A stretch of 62,438 bases of DNA, counting the filler, from Candidatus Methanoxibalbensis ujae (GTDB taxonomy: Archaea > Halobacteriota > Syntropharchaeia > Alkanophagales > Methanospirareceae): assembly GCA_026134085.1 (NCBI GenBank). It is 4 parts of 4 records of this genome, joined end to end, with 100 filler letters (N's around TTAATTAATTAA, not from the genome) between each part and the next. Parts side by side here need not be neighbours in the genome. Positions count along the whole stretch, not along the records: positions 36,658 to 52,850 come from JAOQIN010000039.1; positions 52,951 to 62,438 come from JAOQIN010000005.1; 2 more parts are not named here. One strand, given 5' to 3'. Below the pieces are notes generated by a model. The model did no database searches and was not told the origin of the DNA. It was given only the letters and a program-made list of their open reading frames with translations. This document shows positions 52,651 to 60,265 of the stretch, piece by piece (within the stretch, counting starts at the first letter, position 1; each line of letters starts with the position of its first letter). The translations under genes and the position numbers were made by a program.

Positions 52651-52850
52651 AGAGATAGTTATAAGTTATAAGTGTGGGTTACAGGGGACGGGAGTGTGGT
52701 GAATGTCAGAAGTCAAATTTACGAGGTATGCGGAATGTTAAAAGAGCGGAAGTTTGAGATAGAGTTTGTAATGGATGTTGTGTTAAATCCCGGGAGAGGA
52801 AGGGAAGAAAGATATTTGGTATGTCCTCAGGAGAGTTGGAGAAAGGGTCG
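52600..52850 (+). repeat. Direct repeat copy 2 (of 48377-48620), runs into gap
   Basis: Near-identical sequence with an extra TTATAAG duplication. Confidence 0.93.
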
Positions 52851-52950
52851 NNNNNNNNNNNNNNNNNNNNNNNNNNNNNNNNNNNNNNNNNNNNTTAATT
52901 AATTAANNNNNNNNNNNNNNNNNNNNNNNNNNNNNNNNNNNNNNNNNNNN
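52851..52950. other. Assembly gap / artificial contig spacer
   Basis: 100 nt of N containing TTAATTAATTAA. Confidence 0.98.
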
Positions 52951-54002
52951 TTCACTTCTGTAGTCTCTCCCGCAATTACCTCCACCTCAGTCGAATTATC
53001 CCAGAATCGTGGCTTTGAGGCATTCACAGAATAGTTTCCTGGGTCGATATCTGTAAAGTTGTAATAACCTGTTTCATTGGTAGTCGTTGTACTTATTACT
53101 ACACTCCCTCTTGTTAAGTTAACTATTACTCCTGCAATTCCCGTCTCGTTATTGCTATATGTGATCTTACCGATGATAGAGCCCGTTGGTGGCTGTGTCA
53201 CATTCAATGTTATACTCACCGTGTTATTGTAGTTTCCAAGCAAATCAGTTGCATTTACCTGTAAGTGATAGGTCCCTGGTGGTGTTCCAATAGATGCATT
53301 TGTGGTATAGTTAAATATGCACCACACAACATCGCCTTCTATGTAATTTCCGACGTTATACATGTGTACCAGTTCTCCCCCTATTGGCGTTAGGTCTAAA
53401 GTGACATCATGAATAGCAATATCATCACTCACTGTTACACTTAATTCCGATTCCTGTATCCCATCAGCCACAATAGTATCTGGATTTGCAGTAGGATTTA
53501 TTACGATTGGTGCTCCCGCATCCACTCTGAACGTTCCGTTCTTCGGAGGAGCTGTGCCTTGTTGCCAAGCAGTATTGTAGAAAATTATGTTACTGAGGTT
53601 CATTCCGGTGCTTCCTGTACCTATGACATGAAACGTAAGATTGACCACCGAGCCACTGGCACCATTCTGTATCGCTACGCTTGGGTATCCAACAATCCCT
53701 ATACCGTATTCTCCCTTTCGTTCAGGATCACTCCAATCAGCAGTAAGTTCGCCTTTCTGAACATTTGTTAGTTCTAGAACGCTTTTATCATATATCAGCT
53801 CAAAATCTATAGCGACAATTGGTCCATTCTTCACATTTGTTATGTTCACCAAGACATTCACGTAATCGCCCGGATTTCCCATCGCATCCTCCACACCAAA
53901 CTCATCCGCCATCTGCACCTGTGCTGAGGCTGGCATCACCATCGCAAGCACCGATAACAGCACAATTGCACTCAATCCATACAACACTATCTTCTCTTTC
54001 AT
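52951..54002 (-). CDS. Secreted cohesin-domain protein with Ig-like and carboxypeptidase-regulatory-like domains (3' end lost in gap)
   Basis: Signal peptide; VNVLVNITN..IDFELIYDKSVLEL..KGEL..GSVVNLTFHV cohesin-like pattern; GSIIGKITY..TNETGYYNF; GGAGGTGAA RBS before ATG 54002. Confidence 0.8.
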
Positions 54003-54033
54003 CTTTTTCACCTCCTATTTATTCACCTCCCAT

Positions 54034-57000
54034 TTATTCACCTCCATTTAAGATGATCTCCCCCTTCCAAGCACTCCACATCATTGCAACATCACCAATG
54101 TCCGCAGGTATCCCATTATTGTTGAGGTCATATCTATAATCAGCGGTAATTTCTCCTTTCCAAGCACTCCACATCATTGCAACATCACCAATGTCCGCAG
54201 GTATCCCATTATTGTTCAAATCACCTTTCAACCACAGCATCATATTCACTTCTGTAGTCTCTCCCGCAATTACCTCCACCTCAGTCGAATTATCCCAGAA
54301 TCGTGGCTTTGAGGCATTCACGTAGTAATCCCCAGAAATAACATCTGTGAATGTGTAGTTACCGTTGCTATCAGTCGTTGTTGAAGCCACTACGCTTCCG
54401 TCACGTGTCAAATTAACGGTTACACCTGCTATTCCTGTTCCGTTGCACGCATATGTTATTCTACCCACGATAGAGCCCGTAGCCCTCGTTTCCACCACCA
54501 ATATCGCATTGCTCGCTTCCATGTAGTCTTCGCTGCTTCTGAACGCTGCATTGTTTTCCATTTCGCTGAGATATGCGGTCACATCACGCACTGCTATGCC
54601 TATCTGCGAGCTGCCCGCACATGTCCACACATCCTTCCAGAGATGCTCGTTGAAAATCAGGTCACCCTCTCGACCATCGGGATACCCGGCACCAGGCGCC
54701 ACAGCTATCAACTTCGCACTCTTGTTGCCGATATCATCAATTGAATATGCAAAAGGCGCATATGCAGTTGCCTCCTCTGGAGTGGTGCATTTCTCGGCGC
54801 CACCGTAAAGCATGTCAAATCCCTCGTTCATCACTATCTCCCTGAAAGGCTCACTCATATCCGCATACACAACCACAAGCAACATGCCCTTTATCGCAAC
54901 ATAACCGTCGTATTTCGTGAGTGTCGCAGTGTTTCCGCTTCTGTTGAAAGCATCAGTCACATTATAAGCGAGCATTCCATACGGATAATCGTAGCTGCCA
55001 TAACCCTTTCTGTCCGTATAATGCCTGTCAAATTCAATTGTTTCGCCATTGAACTTCATACTGATGTCATAAGGCATCACATTATCCTTGTCCCATGTGT
55101 AATACACGAACAACCTCGCCTCCTTCACGGTCGCTCCCGCAGGAACTGGCAAATCGCTCGCACTCCAGTTCACAGTGTATGCTGTCCAGCCATCGCCGCT
55201 CTGATACCTGCTGTCCCCTATGGAATAAAGCACACTGCCGTTGAGCGCAAATGTCTTCCATGTGGAGATGTCCTCCCCTCCTGTATATCGCTTTCCTTTG
55301 TATCCGTTGTTCACAACAGTCTCGGAGATGGAGAGCTCATTGTTCGTCTCGTTCAATTCATCTATATCATCATCACAGTCCACAACAGCAACGATTTCAA
55401 CTGTCTCGCCACTGTACCTCATCTCATCATCAACGATGTTCAGGGAAACACTTTCACCAGCATTCAGTCCCTCAACGCGCTCCTTTTTCACTGCGCCTGA
55501 TATGTCAACACTCACATTGAACGCACCAGCGTCAGCAACACCCTCGTTTTCTATTGTCACAGTGATGTTGTTTGTTTCATTTGCAAACAGGTGACCGCAG
55601 TTCAGCGCTATTGAGACAATCAGATCCGGTTTGGGCGCTCTTACCTTTGTGAGTGTCGTCACACTGTCTCTCACACCCGTGTCATTCAGAGAGACCGCTG
55701 TCACATTCACCACATAATCGCCCTCATCAGCATCGCCAACAGTGAGCGTGATTTTCGTTGAATTTTCAGGCGGCAGACTCACTTCATATCTGTCAAGCAC
55801 TGCCACATCTGCATTGTCCACATTTTCAACAGCAATCGTAAATGTGTCTTCACGCTCGCCCGTGTTCTCAAGTGTGAGAACATATGTCGCATTTTCACCA
55901 GGTGCAACCACACTCTCCGCATATTCCCCGCCGTCAACTGTGAGGCTCACGCCACGAGCAACGGGCTCAACAACCCATGTCCATGAATGCATGTCTGAAA
56001 GATCTGTGGACACATTCGTCACAACCACTGTGACATTCCAAACACCGACAACAGCACTTTCATTCCCGTATGTTGAAACTTTCACATCGCTCTCGCTCTT
56101 CACAACTGTCCCGTTTATCAGCCATTCCACGTCAACCGTCTGGTCGACCTTTATTCCAAACGCTCTGCTGTCTCCTTCCTTGTCAGTCACGACCTCCTCG
56201 GATGGGTACCACAATGTTATGTTGGGAGGCGAAGGCATTTGCACGATAACATCGCTTCTCTCTCCCTCATTTCCGTGAATATCCGCTGCGGAAACCTCAA
56301 ACACATATTCAGCACCTGGCAACAATCCAGTCACGATGCAGAGATTGTCAGAAGTGTTCTCAAGAAGCACATAATCCTTATAAACGCAGTAATGATCCAG
56401 ATCTGGTGCTGGACTTTCATCCCATGTGAGTCTGACAGCAGTCGCATTCAGTATCTCAGCATTTAACCCCGTCACCTCAGGCGGCGGTGTCTTATCCTCA
56501 ACATTTATTGTCCATATGACAGGCAACGATGTCCCGTTCTCATTCTCAGCACGCACTTTCACATGATGTGTTCCATGCGTGTTCTCAGGCCAGCTCGTGA
56601 TGAAATATGGATGGTTCCAATCAACTTCGCTGTCATCCTTAAACCAGTGCCATTTATCAACAGGCTGGTCAGCAGTTGCATTAAAGTATATCATCTGCGT
56701 ATCTCTCACCGTTATCTCCAGATCATCTCCCGTGATGTTGTTATACCAACTTACTATCTTCGGCACACCTGTCAGCGTGACATTTGTTGTGTTGCAGACC
56801 TTCCTTCCGTCTTCCTTCCAACATGCCTCAACTGTCACAGTTCCAGGAGTTTCTCCCGCTATAAGCGTCGTGTATGCCTTACCATATTCATCGGTTGAAT
56901 CACATTTATCAGATATGCGCGCACCATAAGAGTCTCCTGCAATCTCAAAACATATCGTATATCCATCAGGACTCTCCGAGTAATTAGTGACAGTTGCGAT

Positions 57001-57180
57001 TATTGTTGATGTGGATTCTCCATCAGCAGGAATTGCACTCGGTTCAGCAGTCACTTCAAGATCATAGACCTCAGGACCGGGAGGAGGCTGAGAAGGAGAA
57101 ATAGGCTGCCCAGAAGACAACATCGAAATCGCTGATGCCACCAGGATCAACACAACCAACACTCCGATTTCCCTTTTCAT
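54034..57180 (-). CDS. Secreted multidomain surface protein: Big_1-like, Ig-like, FN3, CARDB, DUF3344, carboxypeptidase-regulatory-like, C-terminal dockerin-like duplication
   Basis: Signal peptide; AIPADGESTSTI; TPPPEVTGL..LTWD..Y.FEVSAAD; PDLIV..VDCDDDIDELNETNN; NNGYKGKRY..ARLFVYYTW; two DLNNNGIPADIGDVAMMW repeats. Confidence 0.85.
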   Translation of the reverse strand: MKREIGVLVVLILVASAISMLSSGQPISPSQPPPGPEVYDLEVTAEPSAIPADGESTSTIIATVTNYSESPDGYTICFEIAGDSYGARISDKCDSTDEYGKAYTTLIAGETPGTVTVEACWKEDGRKVCNTTNVTLTGVPKIVSWYNNITGDDLEITVRDTQMIYFNATADQPVDKWHWFKDDSEVDWNHPYFITSWPENTHGTHHVKVRAENENGTSLPVIWTINVEDKTPPPEVTGLNAEILNATAVRLTWDESPAPDLDHYCVYKDYVLLENTSDNLCIVTGLLPGAEYVFEVSAADIHGNEGERSDVIVQMPSPPNITLWYPSEEVVTDKEGDSRAFGIKVDQTVDVEWLINGTVVKSESDVKVSTYGNESAVVGVWNVTVVVTNVSTDLSDMHSWTWVVEPVARGVSLTVDGGEYAESVVAPGENATYVLTLENTGEREDTFTIAVENVDNADVAVLDRYEVSLPPENSTKITLTVGDADEGDYVVNVTAVSLNDTGVRDSVTTLTKVRAPKPDLIVSIALNCGHLFANETNNITVTIENEGVADAGAFNVSVDISGAVKKERVEGLNAGESVSLNIVDDEMRYSGETVEIVAVVDCDDDIDELNETNNELSISETVVNNGYKGKRYTGGEDISTWKTFALNGSVLYSIGDSRYQSGDGWTAYTVNWSASDLPVPAGATVKEARLFVYYTWDKDNVMPYDISMKFNGETIEFDRHYTDRKGYGSYDYPYGMLAYNVTDAFNRSGNTATLTKYDGYVAIKGMLLVVVYADMSEPFREIVMNEGFDMLYGGAEKCTTPEEATAYAPFAYSIDDIGNKSAKLIAVAPGAGYPDGREGDLIFNEHLWKDVWTCAGSSQIGIAVRDVTAYLSEMENNAAFRSSEDYMEASNAILVVETRATGSIVGRITYACNGTGIAGVTVNLTRDGSVVASTTTDSNGNYTFTDVISGDYYVNASKPRFWDNSTEVEVIAGETTEVNMMLWLKGDLNNNGIPADIGDVAMMWSAWKGEITADYRYDLNNNGIPADIGDVAMMWSAWKGEIILNGGE

Positions 57181-57400
57181 GTCACATCACCCATCCCTCT
57201 CTCCAGAAGTCACGCCATAAATAATTTTCCATTTCGTAACGCAGTTTCATAACTCCACACCTCATATCATTTTCTATCCATCGATCTTTTCCCATGATGC
57301 CTTTTCCCATGATGCCCGTCATTGAGGCCCGTCATTGAGGGATAATATATTGAGGAGAGATGTAAAAAGCAAATAAATAACAAAACAAGATCAGGCGAAT

Positions 57401-57913
57401 TCATTTATTCGTTTTCATCCTTCTCATTGATAATGAGGCAATAACACAGAGAGCACATATGAGAACTGCCATTGATACAGGCGTCATGAGAGGAACTTCT
57501 CTTCTATGAGAGGAATGAGAAGATAAGTGCACACTTTTTTTGCATGCATGGGCGCTTCCGATCCAGTATGCCCGCACCACCGCCTCATCGTCATCAACCG
57601 CCACATCGTCATCAATAATCACACGCACATCTGCGATCCCTCTATCATCCGTTTGCACGCGCTTTCGTATGATCTTATCACCACTCTCAACTTCAAATGT
57701 GATGACGAATCCCTCAGGATCAGTGAGATTGCCTCTCCAATCCCTCACCTCTGCTACCGCATGCACGACCGCATCGCTGCCATGCGCGACGGAAACATCA
57801 AGCGACAGATCTGACACCTTGGGTGACGAAGGAGGCGCCCCAACACCATAAAAAGCCGCCACACCGCCGGCCACATGCGTCAGCAAAGTCAAAATCATCA
57901 ACAATAAAGACAT
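57401..57913 (-). CDS. Small secreted Ig-like protein with VPXXXP-CTERM-like sorting signal
   Basis: Hydrophobic N-terminus, TDDRGIA Big_1-like motif, C-terminal EVPLMTP + TM + RRMK; TATATATA about 30 nt upstream of ATG 57913. Confidence 0.7.
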   Translation of the reverse strand: MSLLLMILTLLTHVAGGVAAFYGVGAPPSSPKVSDLSLDVSVAHGSDAVVHAVAEVRDWRGNLTDPEGFVITFEVESGDKIIRKRVQTDDRGIADVRVIIDDDVAVDDDEAVVRAYWIGSAHACKKSVHLSSHSSHRREVPLMTPVSMAVLICALCVIASLSMRRMKTNK

Positions 57914-58557
57914 CAGTCTCCAGCTGCTGCCCCTCATTTGTGTATATATAAAAGCGATTAAAAAAATAACTTGATCCGTGACAGAACGATGGCACAATAA
58001 ATCCCAATCACTGTGGCTATGCGAAGTCAGAGCGAAGCGAGGCGCTTCATTCTTCCATCAGTGCGTGTAAGGTAATTATGACTTTCTCATTGCTCGTCTG
58101 AACACAACGCTCAATAGTGTTCCAGATATTATCAGTAGTCAACTCCTTCATACAGAGGAAGGCAACACTAACAAATAACCTTCAAGGGCAATAAAGGCAA
58201 CAAAGATTCCGTGTGGATTTGTGTTAATATCGCAATACCATCTTTTTCCCCGAGACCGGGCACAGATATTTGAATGAAATACGGTTGCCGATTAAGGCAA
58301 AGGACAATCCGATCTGACTGAATATTATCATTGGAGGATGGTGGACATACAACATAGAATAAAATCAACAAAATCGCCGAGCACATCACACAATCTCCGG
58401 GAAAGCGCGATACGATATGGATACATGAACCCCGACGACCGGATATTGGAGGGTATTGCACCGAAGGTCACAACAGTCGGCTATTGCGCACAACAATAGG
58501 AGAAAGGAGAGACATACTTGTTAAGTGAGCCTGCATGAGCTGATGGATGGTGGCAGC

Positions 58558-58749
58558 TCACCTGAACTCAGTATATCCGCATTTTCCACACGAATATCTG
58601 TCATGATGTTCTGCAAGAAACACGCCATCACCACATCTCGGGCATGATCTGCGCTTCCTCCTTAGTTTGGGAATGCCATCTTCCTCAATGACATCATAAA
58701 AGAGATGCACTCTCGCCTTCACTTCCGCACCTTTCTTAGCCTTCATCAT
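58558..58749 (-). CDS. rps27ae: 30S ribosomal protein S27ae
   Basis: [27 protein letters not shown]. Confidence 0.95.
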   Translation of the reverse strand: MMKAKKGAEVKARVHLFYDVIEEDGIPKLRRKRRSCPRCGDGVFLAEHHDRYSCGKCGYTEFR

Positions 58750-58793
58750 CCTACCCTCCATCTCCTCTCCTATCAACTCCGCTGTGCGCTGCG

Positions 58794-59192
58794 CTATGCC
58801 GCCGATGCAGCGCTTTCCTCACCGAAGTTCCGCCTGATTATATGAGATCTCTCAATCTCCTGCATGCGCTTCTCATCCTCGTATATCTTCACATATCCAA
58901 GCACCTCGCACTTTCCGAATGTCTGCCTCATCCAGTCCAACACGAGCACATCAGGGCTGCATTTGAATATCTTCACGAGCAGCTCCCGCACTTCTTTCCT
59001 GCTCGGGGTCCCTCTTCCTTTCGTACCTGATTCTCCGTCAGTCGCTGATGCGTGCTCTCCCTCCTCCATTTCTCCGCCGCTTCCTCTGCCGCTTCCGCCT
59101 TGCGTGCTTTCATCATCGTATTCAATGCGAAGCAGAATTTCCTTGCGCCTCAGCAGTTTATTATCTCTCTCACGCAATATCTCAACCCTCAT
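58794..59192 (-). CDS. rps24e: 30S ribosomal protein S24e with low-complexity insertion
   Basis: [30 protein letters not shown]. Confidence 0.92.
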   Translation of the reverse strand: MRVEILRERDNKLLRRKEILLRIEYDDESTQGGSGRGSGGEMEEGEHASATDGESGTKGRGTPSRKEVRELLVKIFKCSPDVLVLDWMRQTFGKCEVLGYVKIYEDEKRMQEIERSHIIRRNFGEESAASAA

Positions 59193-59199
59193 TTCCCAC

Positions 59200-59292
59200 A
59201 CCGCTTACATTGCACATACACTCACGCACATACACGCACATATACTCACATATACTCACATACGCACATACACTCACACGCAACTCTCATAC
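59200..59292. repeat. Low-complexity CA-rich intergenic tract
   Basis: CACATA/CACTCA/CACGCA iterations, including CACATATACT twice. Confidence 0.8.
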
Positions 59293-59297
59293 GAGCA

Positions 59298-59483
59298 TTA
59301 ACGAACCTTCAGTGCATATCTGCCGTTCTCATGAATGCCGAGGTTTTTTGCTATCTCCGAGTTTTTCGCATCAAGGATTATGACATATCCGCTCCAGTCT
59401 TTGCTTATTGATGTTGAGCCGCAGCGTTTACACACGAGCACATCCCTGAATATGTAATGACAGTCTCTACATGCCCATTCCAT
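59298..59483 (-). CDS. spt4: Transcription elongation factor Spt4 (RpoE'')
   Basis: ACRDCH..CKRCGS..SKDWSG..SEIAK..GRYALKVR. Confidence 0.93.
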   Translation of the reverse strand: MEWACRDCHYIFRDVLVCKRCGSTSISKDWSGYVIILDAKNSEIAKNLGIHENGRYALKVR

Positions 59484-59511
59484 CTTCAGCGCCCTCCTGC
59501 AGCCTCCGCCG

Positions 59512-60081
59512 TCATTTCAACTCTTCCTGCTGTTTTTTTGCTCTCTCTTCCTCGAGCCACTTATATGTGCCGAGACCGGGCTGCCGCATTGTCAGACCGA
59601 TCTTACTGTCGCTCGGCTCTTTTTCGTTCAGGGATATCGCAACAATCCTTGCTCTCACGCGTTCACCGGCAGTGAGTGACTTCCCGCTCTCCTTTCCCAC
59701 GAGTCTGCCTCCCTTTTCATCATATGAAATATACTCATCAGTTATCTGGCTTATGTGAAGGAGACCGTCAAGCGGACCTATCTCAATGAAAGCGCCGAAC
59801 TCAACGACCTCAACCACCTCACCCTCCGTTATCTCCTGCAGCTTGGGCCGGTAAACGAGCGTATCAAAAACAGTCTCATAGTATATGCCGGCATCCCCTA
59901 TCAATATGCGTCCCTCTCCTATGCTTATGACATCGAGTATGGCGATGAACATCCCCACTTTCTTGTCCAACCTTCCTTCCAGCTTCTCCTCAAGCAGCTC
60001 TTTCACCGTCGAAACAATGTCCTCCCCAAAACGCTCCGGCGGCACCCTCACAACATCCACTGCCCTCACTTTCAGATACAT
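59512..60081 (-). CDS. rpoE1: DNA-directed RNA polymerase subunit E' (Rpo7)
   Basis: DVVRVPPERFG, EGEVVEVVEFGAF, DGLLHISQI, KIGLTMRQPGLG. Confidence 0.95.
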   Translation of the reverse strand: MYLKVRAVDVVRVPPERFGEDIVSTVKELLEEKLEGRLDKKVGMFIAILDVISIGEGRILIGDAGIYYETVFDTLVYRPKLQEITEGEVVEVVEFGAFIEIGPLDGLLHISQITDEYISYDEKGGRLVGKESGKSLTAGERVRARIVAISLNEKEPSDSKIGLTMRQPGLGTYKWLEEERAKKQQEELK

Positions 60082-60265
60082 TTCCACCTGCCTCTCGCCC
60101 GTTGCATCTCTCTCAGCTCGCAACGCATCTCAGCGATGTGATTTTATCATTATAACCTGCCCTATCCCCATCCCCATAACCCTCTTGATATACCATTTAT
60201 TGAAAGTGCTTAACTTCATCATGTTCAACTTCATCAATCTCCCTCTACCACCTCATCAATGTCCA

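Noticed and set aside
54065..54321. Possible diversity-generating retroelement TR/VR pair in the surface-protein repeats
   Set aside because: Copies are identical rather than differing at adenines, both are coding, and no reverse transcriptase is in the window
58060..58500. Possible decayed membrane-protein gene on the - strand
   Set aside because: Only short hydrophobic pieces in different frames; no family recognisable
44..59292. CRISPR array interpretation of the short repeats
   Set aside because: Units are head-to-tail without spacers, differ from site to site, and no cas genes are present
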